Shown here one piece after another: positions 27,423-37,047 of a DNA stretch of 50,353 bases. The position numbers and the translations under genes are program-made. The stretch's first letter is position 1. Each line of letters begins with the position of its first letter. This DNA is from Patescibacteria group bacterium (lineage in GTDB: Bacteria; Patescibacteriota; Microgenomatia; JAADGY01): positions 1-50,353 of the forward strand of contig JAJRVN010000026.1 of NCBI GenBank assembly GCA_024277325.1, given 5' to 3'. The notes beneath the pieces are model-generated. The model made no database searches. It was not told the origin of the DNA and saw only the letters and a program-made list of their open reading frames with translations.

Positions 27423-27437
27423 GCTATAATTTTAACA
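27422..27437. promoter_or_regulatory. overlapping divergent extended -10 elements for recJ (minus) and cca (plus)
   Basis: Plus strand: TGcTATAAT at 27422-27430, 9 nt before ATG 27440. Minus strand: TGtTAAAAT at 27429-27437, 6 nt before ATG 27422. Confidence 0.5.
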
Positions 27438-27439
27438 TC

Positions 27440-28993
27440 ATGACCACCCCTCGTTTATTGGCTCAAAATCTGGCTAAAATACCCCAAGTTGTTTGGCGAA
27501 TAATGAAGCAGGTGCATGATGTCGGTGACGACATTTTTTTGGTCGGCGGGGCGGTTAGAAACCTACTGTTGAATCAAGATGTCGGCCTTAATTATGATTT
27601 GACGACCTCGGCGCGCCCGGAAAAAATCCAACAGTTATTTGAGCATAGTTTTTATAACAACCGTTTTGGCATGGTCGGTATTCCGGTTTGGCGGTTGCCA
27701 TCCGGTGCATTGACTCTCAAAAAGCAGACAGACAAGCCGTTTATGGTGGTTGAGATAACCACTTACAGGTCTGAGTCCGGCTATTCCGACCACCGCCGGC
27801 CGGACAAAGTCAGTTGGGGTAAGAAGCTATCTGAAGACCTAAAGCGGCGGGACTTTACCATTAATGCTTTAAGCTTGGGCTGGTATGCTTCAGCCAAGGT
27901 TGTTGACCTAAAAACTAAATCCCTTTTAAAAAGTTTGGAGTTTGTTGATTTATCCGGCGGTTTGGCTGATTTGTCTAAGCATACCATTAAGACCATCGGC
28001 AGCCCTGATCAAAGATTCAGGGAAGATGCTCTGCGGTTAATGAGAGCGGTTAGGTTTGCCAGCCAGCTTAAGTTTGAGATAGAGGCCTCAACCAAACAAG
28101 CCATCATTGGCAATGCCCACTTGATTCAGCAGATTTCTTGGGAGCGGATCCGGCAAGAGTTTTTTAAAATTTTAACCAGCCAATCAGCTGATTATGGCGT
28201 TGAGCTGTTAAATGAATTAGGCCTGCTTGAGCATATTTTGCCTGAAATAATCCCGGCCCAGAAAGTAATTTTATCTAAGCACCATAAATATGATTTATGG
28301 CACCATTTGATTTACAGCCTGGCTAGGTGTCCAGATCTTGATCCGGTGACCCGGTTGGCGGCCTTAATCCATGATGTTGGCAAAATTCAAACCTGGGCGA
28401 TTCAGTGCCAAGATTGCCAGCGCATTTTTAAAATTGATTTAAACAAGTTGGATTTTAGGTGTCCTAGTTGTCATCAAGTTAATGATCCTCGACAAAGCGG
28501 TATTTTTTATAATCACGAGGTTTTAAGCGCCAGGTTGGCCAAAACCCTGGGCCAAAGGTTTAAGCTAGATAAAAAATCAGCCGATAAGCTTTATCGCTTG
28601 GTTAGGTGGCACCAGTTCAGTGTTGATGAAACCTTAAGTGATAAAGCTTTAAGGCGTTTTATCCGCAGAGTAGGGGTGAATAATATACCGGCGGCGTTGG
28701 CGGTCAGGATTGGGGATAGATTGGGTAGCGGTGTCAAGCAGGCAGTTTCTTGGCGGATGGAAAGGTTTATCAATCGATTAAACCAAGTCCAAAAACAGCC
28801 GTTTAGCCTGCAGGATTTAAAGGTTACCGGCCATGATGTTATGCAGGTTTTATCCCTTAAACCATCACCTCAAGTGGGGCAGATTTTAAACCAGCTTTTT
28901 CAACAGGTAGTTGACCATAAGATCGCTAATACGAGGGAAGATTTATTAAAGGCTTTAAAGAGTTATAAGACAGCCAAGCCTAAAAATAATTAA
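27440..28993 (+). CDS. cca: CCA-adding enzyme / tRNA nucleotidyltransferase with HD domain
   Basis: Class II NTase head (GGAVRNLLL, DYDLTT, RRDFTINAL) and HD motif HDVGK, with a CxxC-x15-CxxC insert. Confidence 0.8.
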   Translation: MTTPRLLAQNLAKIPQVVWRIMKQVHDVGDDIFLVGGAVRNLLLNQDVGLNYDLTTSARPEKIQQLFEHSFYNNRFGMVGIPVWRLPSGALTLKKQTDKPFMVVEITTYRSESGYSDHRRPDKVSWGKKLSEDLKRRDFTINALSLGWYASAKVVDLKTKSLLKSLEFVDLSGGLADLSKHTIKTIGSPDQRFREDALRLMRAVRFASQLKFEIEASTKQAIIGNAHLIQQISWERIRQEFFKILTSQSADYGVELLNELGLLEHILPEIIPAQKVILSKHHKYDLWHHLIYSLARCPDLDPVTRLAALIHDVGKIQTWAIQCQDCQRIFKIDLNKLDFRCPSCHQVNDPRQSGIFYNHEVLSARLAKTLGQRFKLDKKSADKLYRLVRWHQFSVDETLSDKALRRFIRRVGVNNIPAALAVRIGDRLGSGVKQAVSWRMERFINRLNQVQKQPFSLQDLKVTGHDVMQVLSLKPSPQVGQILNQLFQQVVDHKIANTREDLLKALKSYKTAKPKNN

Positions 28994-29088
28994 AGCCCCA
29001 AAAAGTGTCTGCATCAGCTTGTCGCTTGATCTTGAAGTTTAAGTTTAAGAATCCGAGAGTTAAAAGTTAGCTGTAGTATAATGTTTTT

Positions 29089-30117
29089 ATGAAAATAACT
29101 AAGAAAAAATTATTGTTTTTAAGCCTGGGATTGGCGGTTGTCTTACTTAGTTTGTATCGTTGGCAGATGATTTCTAAAGCTAAATCCAAGGCTAAAATTA
29201 AGGATGAATATCAAGTTCGCCGGCTGGATTTGATTAAACGACTTAGTTTCCCCGGCCGGGTTATTTTTGGCCAAGAGGCTGACCTTAAGTTTCAAACCAG
29301 CGGCCGGTTAAGCTGGGTTGGAGTTAAAACCGGCCAAAAAGTCAAAAAAGGTCAAGCCATAGCCTCGCTGGATAGGCGAGAACTATATAATCGATTGCAA
29401 AAAAGCTTAAACAACTATTACAAAGACAGGTTGGATTTTGAGGATACAGAGGATGATTGGCGGGATATTTTGGATAGAGATACCCATACCCAAAGGCTCT
29501 TGGAAAAGAATCAAAAAGATTTAGATAACTCGGTTTTGGATGTAGAACTGGCCCATTTAAGTTGGCGCTTGGCGGTTATTACAGCTCCTTTTGATGGTAT
29601 AATCGATGCTTTAAGACTGCCAAATTCGGGTATCAACATCACTCCCAGCCAAGCCAAGTTTCATATAGTCAACCCAGATTCAGCCTTTTTCGAAATAGAA
29701 ATAGAAGAGTTGGATTTAAATAAACTGAACCTGGGGCAGGTAGTCAATATTGATTTGGATTTTGACAACCAGGCCAGCCTATCCGGCCGTCTGGATTATA
29801 TTAGCCAGACCCCATCAACCGGCCAAAATGGAGGCCAGGTTTATTTGGGCAAAGTTGTCATTACCGACAAGCCGGATTGGCTGGTTTTAAGGTCGGGTTT
29901 AAACGGCCAAGCTAATTTGGTTTTGGAAAAGAAACCTCAAGTTCTGGCGGTGCCGGTTGATTACTTAAACTATGATAAAGGCAAAGCTTATGTTTTCATA
30001 ATCAATACCAACAAGGTTAAAACCAAAAGATTTATTAAAACCGGCATTGAAACAGAGGATTATGTTGAGGTGTTAGACGGCTTAAGCCAAAACGATATCA
30101 TAGCCGCAGGTGATTAA
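29089..30117 (+). CDS. efflux transporter periplasmic adaptor (HlyD/MacA family)
   Basis: N-terminal anchor, a lipoyl-like segment (KKGQAIASLD), a coiled-coil region and beta-barrel segments. It precedes the MacB-type ATPase and permease. Confidence 0.7.
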   Translation: MKITKKKLLFLSLGLAVVLLSLYRWQMISKAKSKAKIKDEYQVRRLDLIKRLSFPGRVIFGQEADLKFQTSGRLSWVGVKTGQKVKKGQAIASLDRRELYNRLQKSLNNYYKDRLDFEDTEDDWRDILDRDTHTQRLLEKNQKDLDNSVLDVELAHLSWRLAVITAPFDGIIDALRLPNSGINITPSQAKFHIVNPDSAFFEIEIEELDLNKLNLGQVVNIDLDFDNQASLSGRLDYISQTPSTGQNGGQVYLGKVVITDKPDWLVLRSGLNGQANLVLEKKPQVLAVPVDYLNYDKGKAYVFIINTNKVKTKRFIKTGIETEDYVEVLDGLSQNDIIAAGD

Positions 30118-30144
30118 TTGGTTTTTAAGTAAGTTATTTGTTTT

Positions 30145-30852
30145 ATGACCCAGTCAATTGTCAGATTCGACAAAGTTGTCAAGGCTTATGATTTGGGCGA
30201 GTATCGTTTTGAAGCTCTGAAAAAAATAGATTTAGAGATTCAAACTAATGACTTTGTCGCCTTGATTGGTCCGTCTGGTTCGGGCAAATCAACCATAATG
30301 CATCTTTTAGGCATCTTGGACATGCCAAGCGGCGGCAAGATCTTTTTTAAAGACACCGATATCACCACTCTCAATGACAAACAGTTGTCCTTGATAAGGA
30401 ATAAGGAGATAGGCTTTGTTTTTCAACAGTTTTTTCTCTTACCTTATTTGGATGCCAAAGATAATGTCGCTTTGCCTTTAGTCTATAGCGGGATAGGCTT
30501 GGTTGAAAGGCGCCGGCGGGCGGTTAAGATTCTAGAGCAAGTTGGCCTTGGAGATAAAGTTAACAATAAGCCAAACCAACTGTCTGGAGGCCAACAGCAA
30601 AGAGTGGCCATAGCTAGAGCCCTGGTCAATAAGCCGTCGCTGATATTGGCAGACGAGCCAACCGGCAACCTCGACTCGGTTTCCGGGCAGCAGGTTTTGA
30701 GTTTATTTGCCAAACTTCATAAACTGGGCAATACCATAGTCTTGGTGACCCATGATCAAGATGTGGCCAAGGTTGCTAGAAAACAAATCAGGATCAAGGA
30801 CGGCCGGATAGTTGCCAACAAAAATACCAAAATTAGATCAAGTAAGGCTTAA
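30145..30852 (+). CDS. ABC transporter ATP-binding protein (MacB/LolD type)
   Basis: [35 protein letters not shown]. Confidence 0.9.
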   Translation: MTQSIVRFDKVVKAYDLGEYRFEALKKIDLEIQTNDFVALIGPSGSGKSTIMHLLGILDMPSGGKIFFKDTDITTLNDKQLSLIRNKEIGFVFQQFFLLPYLDAKDNVALPLVYSGIGLVERRRRAVKILEQVGLGDKVNNKPNQLSGGQQQRVAIARALVNKPSLILADEPTGNLDSVSGQQVLSLFAKLHKLGNTIVLVTHDQDVAKVARKQIRIKDGRIVANKNTKIRSSKA

Positions 30853-30853
30853 T

Positions 30854-32068
30854 ATGGATTTGTTTGATCTTTTCATCACGGTTTTTCAGTCTATCAGAAG
30901 TCATAAGTTAAGAACTTTTTTAACCACCTTAGGTATTCTGATCGGCATATCATCGGTTATTCTGTTGATGGCCATCGGCCATGGCATCGAAAATTACTTG
31001 GTGGGCCAGTTTAACAAGCTTGGCTCCAACTTGGTTTATATCTTGCCTGGCAACATTAAGTCCAAATCCGGCAAGATAAGCTTCAGCTCCGAAAGAAATA
31101 TGTTTTTTGCCAAGCCCTTGAAGGAACGTTATGAAACCCTATTGGCCAAGGCCGATCATGTTGAGGGTATTTCCGTCATCAGCAAAACTAAGGTTACGGC
31201 CAAGTATCGGCAGAAAGAATATGACGTCGAGTTGTCCGGGGTTAGGGCTAGATATTTTGAGATGCGCAAAGTTAATTTTGTTTTTGGCCAAGGCTTTAAT
31301 AAAGCTCAAGCGGCCGCCGCCGCTAAAAAGGCAGTTCTTGGTTTTAATGTTTACAAAGAACTGTTTGACCAAGGAGTCAATCCGGTTGGCAAAACTATCT
31401 TTATCGGCCCGAGCAAGTTTAAGGTTGTCGGCGTCCTAGAGGAAATGGGCAGCAACATGGGTGGGGTTAATTATGATGATTTTCTTTATATCCCCCACTC
31501 AACCATGAAAAAGATTGATCCATCCGCCAAAATTTTAGTCATAGTGGTTAAGCTGGATTCAATGGATGATTTTGACGGCTTTAAAAAGCAGGCGGATGCA
31601 ATTTTAACCAAAGCCGGCCTGACCAAGGACGATTTTTCGGTTGTCAGCCAAAAGGAACTGGTTTCATCTATAACCGACATTTTGGCTATTTTATCGCTGG
31701 GATTGTCCGGCATCGCCGCTATCTCTTTGTTAGTTGGCGGCATTGGCATTATGAATATCATGTTGGTCTCGGTGACTGAAAGGGTTAGGGAAATAGGCCT
31801 AAGAAAAGCGCTGGGAGCAACATCGAAGGATATCTTGATGCAGTTCTTGTTTGAGTCAAGCATCTTAGGCTTGATCGGCGGCTTTTTGGGTTTGGGCTTA
31901 GGCTATGCCGGCAGTTTGTTGTTGGTTAAGTTCATCCCGTCATCGATTCAGTTGGGAGAGGTGGTTTTGGCTATCGGCGTCTCCTTTTTAACCGGTGTTG
32001 TCTTTGGCAGCCTGCCAGCCCGGAAAGCTGCCAAGTTAAATCCGATTGATGCCTTAAGGTATGAATAA
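30854..32068 (+). CDS. ABC transporter permease (FtsX/MacB-type, 4 TM with large extracytoplasmic domain)
   Basis: A MacB_PCD-like loop between TM1 and TM2, plus a C-terminal FtsX-domain pattern (ERVREIGLRKALGA). ATG at 30854, one base after the preceding TAA stop, is preferred over 30812. Confidence 0.8.
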   Translation: MDLFDLFITVFQSIRSHKLRTFLTTLGILIGISSVILLMAIGHGIENYLVGQFNKLGSNLVYILPGNIKSKSGKISFSSERNMFFAKPLKERYETLLAKADHVEGISVISKTKVTAKYRQKEYDVELSGVRARYFEMRKVNFVFGQGFNKAQAAAAAKKAVLGFNVYKELFDQGVNPVGKTIFIGPSKFKVVGVLEEMGSNMGGVNYDDFLYIPHSTMKKIDPSAKILVIVVKLDSMDDFDGFKKQADAILTKAGLTKDDFSVVSQKELVSSITDILAILSLGLSGIAAISLLVGGIGIMNIMLVSVTERVREIGLRKALGATSKDILMQFLFESSILGLIGGFLGLGLGYAGSLLLVKFIPSSIQLGEVVLAIGVSFLTGVVFGSLPARKAAKLNPIDALRYE

Positions 32069-32111
32069 AGCTGATATTTTTAAAGCAGAGTTTTTTTGGT
32101 AAGAATTTTTA

Positions 32112-32141
32112 TTGACAAAGGCAAAGGCTTTACTTTATGAT
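32112..32141 (+). promoter_or_regulatory. canonical sigma-70 type promoter (TTGACA, 18 nt, TATGAT) for the cohesin-like gene
   Basis: TTGACA at 32112-32117 and TATGAT at 32136-32141. A ~50-nt leader follows, with AAGGAGGTG just before ATG 32200. Confidence 0.55.
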
Positions 32142-32199
32142 AAAACTAGCTACTTAATTTAGTTGAGGACTTAAAGTTAATTAAACTCAAGGAGGTGTT

Positions 32200-32814
32200 A
32201 TGGATCAGATTCATAAAACTAACAAGTGGATATTCATACTAGCCGGTTTATGGCTTTTAGCTTTTGTGGTTTTGATCGTCTGGTATGTTCAAATGGCTAA
32301 AAACCGCCAAGTTAACCAGACCAATCAAGCTAGAACCCAAACCAGCCCAACAATTGTTAAATCGTCACCGTCGCCCGAGATGGCCAAATCGGAGGTTAAT
32401 GTGGGCCTGTATTCTCCCAATGAAAAACTTACGCCTCAAAAGCAGGTTTTGGTAGAAGTTAAGGCTTTAACCGCCATAGAAGACTTATCTAGCGGAGACT
32501 TTGTTTTCAACTATGACCCCAAGGTTCTTAAATTTGACAAGATTGCCAATCGAAAGTTTGACGATGTTTTATTTATCCGCAATGATGACAAAGCCGGCGA
32601 ATTATTTATTTCCGCCAAGAACAACAAGCCCTTGCCGGTTTTGGTTAATGAGGACTTGATAAGTTTGGAATTTTTAGCTTTAAGCAAAAAGCCGACTAGC
32701 TTAAGCTTGGTCTTTGACGGAGTGGGCAAATCAACGGACACTAACATAGTTACGGCTTCATATCCGGGAGAAGACGCCTTAGTTCAGGTTGACCCGGCTC
32801 AGATCAGTTGGTAA
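32200..32814 (+). CDS. membrane-anchored cohesin-like domain protein
   Basis: N-terminal TM helix, a low-complexity linker, then VLVEVKALTAIEDLSSGDFVFNYDPKVLKFDKI, which resembles the hallmark cohesin strand pattern (x-F-x-YDP-x-L). Confidence 0.5.
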   Translation: MDQIHKTNKWIFILAGLWLLAFVVLIVWYVQMAKNRQVNQTNQARTQTSPTIVKSSPSPEMAKSEVNVGLYSPNEKLTPQKQVLVEVKALTAIEDLSSGDFVFNYDPKVLKFDKIANRKFDDVLFIRNDDKAGELFISAKNNKPLPVLVNEDLISLEFLALSKKPTSLSLVFDGVGKSTDTNIVTASYPGEDALVQVDPAQISW

Positions 32815-32824
32815 ACAAGTTAAG

Positions 32825-33730
32825 ATGGTTATTAGGTTAGGTGCTCATTTATCCATTACTGGAGGCTTTAGCCAGGCTTTGGAGAGGGCTAGGTTGATCG
32901 GTGCCAATTGCCTGCAGATTTTTTCCGGCTCGCCCCGCTTGTGGAAGCGGCCGGCTTTACTGGATGATAAGGCCATAGAGGATTTTTTAGCCAAAAAAAC
33001 CAAACTTGATATCCGGCCGGTTTTTTTTCATGCTTCCTACCTTATCAATCTGGCCGCTTTAAACCAGATTAGCCAAAAATCAGTCGATATCTTGATTTGG
33101 GAGCTTAACTTAGCTAGCCGGCTGGGCGTTTCCGGATCGGTGGTTCATTTGGGATCGTATCTTAAACATGATCCTCAGCTAGCCTATTCTAAGCTAATTG
33201 AGAACATGTCTTTGGTTTTGGCCCAATCGCCTGATTCGGTTGACTTTATCATAGAGAACTCGGCCGGCAAAAAAATAGGCCAAAATTTGACTGAGATTTT
33301 CAGGATAATTAACGACCTAAAGGACAAGCGCCTGAAAATATGTTGGGACACTTGTCATGGCTTTGCTTCCGGCATTAATCTTGATGATAAATCAAAGCTG
33401 GATAGGTTTTTAAGCCAGATAGATGATAATGTTGGTCTTGACCGCTTGGTTTTATGGCACTTTAACGATTCTAAGGATGCTTTTAACTCGCATCGCGACC
33501 GTCATGCCAACATAGGTCAAGGCTATATAGGCCTGGATACGTTTAGAACAGTTATCAACCACCCGCAAGCCAACCAAAGGCCGATGATTATAGAAACGCC
33601 CGGCTTTGACGGCACCGGCCCGGATAAGAAAAACCTAGACATACTTAAAGGTTTAATAAAGCCACAAGCTGCTAAAACCAAGAAAAACCCGGCCTCGCAT
33701 CAGGATTGCCGGGAAGCCCGAATAAACTAA
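32825..33730 (+). CDS. nfo: endonuclease IV (AP endonuclease, TIM barrel)
   Basis: GAHLS, HASYLINLA, HLGS, ENSAG, CWDTCH, HFNDS and DRHANIG motifs in order. ATG at 32825 is preferred over the listed 32789. Confidence 0.85.
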   Translation: MVIRLGAHLSITGGFSQALERARLIGANCLQIFSGSPRLWKRPALLDDKAIEDFLAKKTKLDIRPVFFHASYLINLAALNQISQKSVDILIWELNLASRLGVSGSVVHLGSYLKHDPQLAYSKLIENMSLVLAQSPDSVDFIIENSAGKKIGQNLTEIFRIINDLKDKRLKICWDTCHGFASGINLDDKSKLDRFLSQIDDNVGLDRLVLWHFNDSKDAFNSHRDRHANIGQGYIGLDTFRTVINHPQANQRPMIIETPGFDGTGPDKKNLDILKGLIKPQAAKTKKNPASHQDCREARIN

Positions 33731-33767
33731 CTTTGGCGCTTAAAACCAATTCGTGTAAAATTTAGAT

Positions 33768-34847
33768 ATGTACCTAGATGAACTTGAACAGATTTTAAAC
33801 GATGTTAAAACCAAGCTTCAATTCGAGCAGCTGCCCAAGTTGGTTCGTCAATTAGAGGCTCAAACTCTAAAGCCCGACTTTTGGCAAGACCAAAACCAAG
33901 CAAAAAAAATCATGCGCCAGCTTGAGTTTTGGCGGAGTTTAATTGACCGGATTAAATCAAGCCAGGATAAGTTAGATTTTTTAAAGCGGCTGGCCAAAGA
34001 AGTCAACGATGACGACCCTATGTTGATAGAGGAAAAAAACCGCTTGATGTTGGAGATTAACAAGTTAAAAAGAGAAACTTTTTTAACCGGCAAATACGAT
34101 AAGAACGAAGCCTTAATTACGATTACCGCCGGCCAAGGAGGCACCGAAGCTATGGATTGGACCGCCATGCTGTGGCGGATGTATTGGCGATTTAGTCAAA
34201 AAATAAATTGGCCGGTCACCTTGATAGAAGAAAAACCCGGGGAAGAGGTGGGCTTTAAAAAAATATCGGCCAAGTTCGAAGGTGTTGGGGCTTACGGTTG
34301 GCTTAAGTTTGAGACCGGCACTCATCGGCTGGTGAGGTTATCTCCATTTAACGCCAATAATTTGCGCCAAACCTCGTTTGCCAGAGTTGAGGTTTTGCCG
34401 GTTTTAGACGATGATGTTGAGGTAGTTATAAAAGATGATGATATAGAGTTTGAAGCTTTTAGATCAAGTGGTCACGGCGGCCAGAATGTTAACAAAGTGT
34501 CAACCGCGGTTCGTTTAAAGCACAAGCCCACAGGGATAGTGGTTGAGTGCCAAACCCAAAGGTACCAACAGCAAAACCGCAAAATCGCCATGCAGATGTT
34601 GGCTGCTAAGCTATGGCAGTTAAAGATGACTCAAAAAGACCAAGAAACTCAAAAAATTCGAGGCGATTACGTCGCTCCTGATTGGGGAACCCAGATTCGA
34701 TCTTATGTCCTTCATCCTTACAAGCAAGTGAAAGATTTAAGAACTAACTTTACCAGCTCTGATCCTGATTCAATCCTGGACGGCAATATCGAAGAAATGT
34801 TAGATGTCGAGATTATTAATTTAAGCCAAGCCAAGAAGTTTAAATAA
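33768..34847 (+). CDS. prfB: peptide chain release factor 2, single uninterrupted frame
   Basis: SPF tripeptide (RLSPFNA) and GGQ motif ([11 protein letters not shown]). There is no internal TGA frameshift site. Confidence 0.9.
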   Translation: MYLDELEQILNDVKTKLQFEQLPKLVRQLEAQTLKPDFWQDQNQAKKIMRQLEFWRSLIDRIKSSQDKLDFLKRLAKEVNDDDPMLIEEKNRLMLEINKLKRETFLTGKYDKNEALITITAGQGGTEAMDWTAMLWRMYWRFSQKINWPVTLIEEKPGEEVGFKKISAKFEGVGAYGWLKFETGTHRLVRLSPFNANNLRQTSFARVEVLPVLDDDVEVVIKDDDIEFEAFRSSGHGGQNVNKVSTAVRLKHKPTGIVVECQTQRYQQQNRKIAMQMLAAKLWQLKMTQKDQETQKIRGDYVAPDWGTQIRSYVLHPYKQVKDLRTNFTSSDPDSILDGNIEEMLDVEIINLSQAKKFK

Positions 34848-34904
34848 GGGACAAGAGGCCAAAACCGATTGAAAATTGATAATTGATTATGGTATATTCA
34901 AGTT

Positions 34905-35438
34905 ATGATCAACGAAGATTTAATCCATCGAGAAGAACCCTTAACTGATTCGACCGTTCCAGAACAGTCTCAACCGCCCTTGGTCCGCCAGCTTCAAGAA
35001 GATGAAGCCGTCAATAAACAAAGGCTAGCCTTAGGTTTCAGTTTAATGGCCGCTTTTTTGGTTTTTTACGGTCTTGGCCTTGGTTTGTTTTGGTTAAAAT
35101 CAAGGTTGATTACCTCTAAGGCCAATCTTAATCAAAGCCTAAATCAAGCGGGAGGTTCCCAGTCCATCGCCAAGCTTAAGCCGGGCCAAGTTTATGGCAG
35201 TGATGATCCCATATTTAAGGATACAGCCGAAGGCTTGTTGGAGGTTAATAAAAATGACGACAAGCCGGGCAGCCATATCTTAATAAGGGGTGATGAGTCA
35301 CAAACCGCTTACTTGATTTCCAGTGTTTTGGATCTGAATCAGTTTGTGAACCATAAAGTCAAAATTTGGGGTGAGACCCAAGCTGTCAGGGAGGTTGGTT
35401 GGTTTTTGGATGTTGGCCGGTTACAAATATTAGAATAG
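34905..35438 (+). CDS. membrane-anchored protein, function unknown
   Basis: Disordered N-terminus, one TM helix, and a ~100-aa C-terminal domain. It lies directly upstream of ftsE. TGgTATATT sits 6 nt upstream of the ATG. Confidence 0.4.
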   Translation: MINEDLIHREEPLTDSTVPEQSQPPLVRQLQEDEAVNKQRLALGFSLMAAFLVFYGLGLGLFWLKSRLITSKANLNQSLNQAGGSQSIAKLKPGQVYGSDDPIFKDTAEGLLEVNKNDDKPGSHILIRGDESQTAYLISSVLDLNQFVNHKVKIWGETQAVREVGWFLDVGRLQILE

Positions 35439-35453
35439 CCAATTGCAGACGCT

Positions 35454-36140
35454 ATGCTTAAGTTTGACAAAGTTAGTTTTAAATATCCTGATGGAACATT
35501 AGCCTTAAACAATGTTACGTTTGAAATTGAATCATCCGAGTTTGTTTTTTTAATCGGCCATACCGGCGCCGGCAAAACGACTCTATTAAGATTGATTTTA
35601 GGCGATCTGAAACCGACGAAAGGTGAAGTTTTTATCGAAGATAAAAATATCGGCTTGATGAAAGATTGGGAAAGGCAGCTTTTGCGTCAGCAAGTGGGAG
35701 TTATTTTCCAAGGCTTAAACTTAATTCCCGAGTTAAATGTTAGAGAAAATCTCTATTTAAAGCTTGAGCTCTCAGGCGTTAAGAAAAATGATCTTGACAG
35801 TAAGGTGGCCAAAGCCCTCAAGAAAGTTGGCATGCTGGCTAAGAGAGATCATTTTCCTTCCCAATTATCCGGTGGTGAAAGGCAAAAGATCGCCTTGGCC
35901 AGGGCTATTTTACTTGATCCGATCATGATTTTTGCTGATGAGCCAACCGGCAACTTGGACCCGGCTTCGTCCCTGGAAGTTATAGAGGCCATAGCCGAGG
36001 TTAACAAGCAAGAAGACATCTTAGTAGTTATCGCTACTCATGACAATAATGTGGTCAATAAGATGAAAAAGCGAGTCATTGCCCTGGAAAAAGGCAAGAT
36101 AGTAAGTGATAAGCGCAAAGGAGTTTATGTCACTAATTAA
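35454..36140 (+). CDS. ftsE: cell division ATP-binding protein FtsE
   Basis: [35 protein letters not shown]; 228 aa, followed by ftsX. Confidence 0.85.
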   Translation: MLKFDKVSFKYPDGTLALNNVTFEIESSEFVFLIGHTGAGKTTLLRLILGDLKPTKGEVFIEDKNIGLMKDWERQLLRQQVGVIFQGLNLIPELNVRENLYLKLELSGVKKNDLDSKVAKALKKVGMLAKRDHFPSQLSGGERQKIALARAILLDPIMIFADEPTGNLDPASSLEVIEAIAEVNKQEDILVVIATHDNNVVNKMKKRVIALEKGKIVSDKRKGVYVTN

Positions 36141-36993
36141 GCTATCCTTGATTAATCTTAGGCGCCGGCCGTATCAAAATTTGGCCGTTTTCCTGTCATT
36201 ATTTATCATCTACAGCCTCATTAGCTTGTTTGTCTTGGTCCTTATGGGTTCGAATCGGGTTCTAAAATATTTTGCCTCCCAACCCCAAATTACGGCGTTT
36301 TTAAAAACCGAGGCTTCCGAAGCTTCGATCAACCAGTTGATCATGAAGATTCAACAAACCAACAAAGTTAAGATGGTTCGTTATATTAACAAAAAACAAG
36401 CTTTCAAACTTTACCAGCAAGTTAGCAAAAACCCGATCCTGCTTGACATTGTTGATGAGAGTGTTTTCCCAGCCAGTATAGAGGTATCGACCTACCAGCC
36501 GGCGGACCTTGAAGCCATATATACGATTCTGGAAACCTCAAACATTGTTGAAGACATTATTTATCAGCGGGATCTGGTCCAGATTATCAATCGTTGGATA
36601 AAAAACATCCGCTTGGCCGGCTCATTGCTAGTTGGCTTTTTCCTGTTGCAAACTGTTTTGGTGATTTGGATAGTTACCGGATTTAAGATCTCCAATTTTC
36701 GCCAGAGCATTAACATCATGCGCTTGCTTGGCGCTTCAAAAAATTATATAAGCTTGATCTTTGTCTTGGAAAGCTTGATGATCGGCGTTTTAGCCGGTTT
36801 ATTTGCTTTCGGTTTGGTTTTTGGTTTGATAATAAAGGCTGAGCCTATAATCATTAATCTTATGGGCCAGATTTTAAATTGGCAGGCCATTCCCTACAAT
36901 TTATTACTATTGCTCTTGCCGATTTTGGTGATGGCCGGCGGTTTGTTTAACGCTTTGCTTTCATTTATTGCCAGCCGGCGGTTCTTAAGATAG
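36127..36993 (+). CDS. ftsX: cell division permease FtsX
   Basis: Four-TM topology with an extracytoplasmic loop after TM1 and an MRLLGAS motif. The start is uncertain: ATG 36127 or GTG 36106. Confidence 0.75.
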   Translation: MSLIKLSLINLRRRPYQNLAVFLSLFIIYSLISLFVLVLMGSNRVLKYFASQPQITAFLKTEASEASINQLIMKIQQTNKVKMVRYINKKQAFKLYQQVSKNPILLDIVDESVFPASIEVSTYQPADLEAIYTILETSNIVEDIIYQRDLVQIINRWIKNIRLAGSLLVGFFLLQTVLVIWIVTGFKISNFRQSINIMRLLGASKNYISLIFVLESLMIGVLAGLFAFGLVFGLIIKAEPIIINLMGQILNWQAIPYNLLLLLLPILVMAGGLFNALLSFIASRRFLR

Positions 36994-37047
36994 GCAACAC
37001 AGTCTTATCTTATTGTGATAATTTCTGTTTCCGTTTACAATTAAGTT

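Noticed and set aside
28994-29060. Imperfect hairpin after cca (ATCAGC-TTGTC-GCTTGAT), and similar weak stems after 32068 and at 46283-46297, as rho-independent terminators
   Set aside because: The stems are short, AT-rich or bulged, and lack a convincing T-tract. They cannot be told apart from chance in AT-rich sequence.
33768-34847. Programmed +1 frameshift site in prfB
   Set aside because: The RF2 frame is continuous from ATG 33768. There is no early in-frame TGA and no CTT-TGA-C-like site, so the autoregulatory frameshift found in many bacteria is simply absent here.
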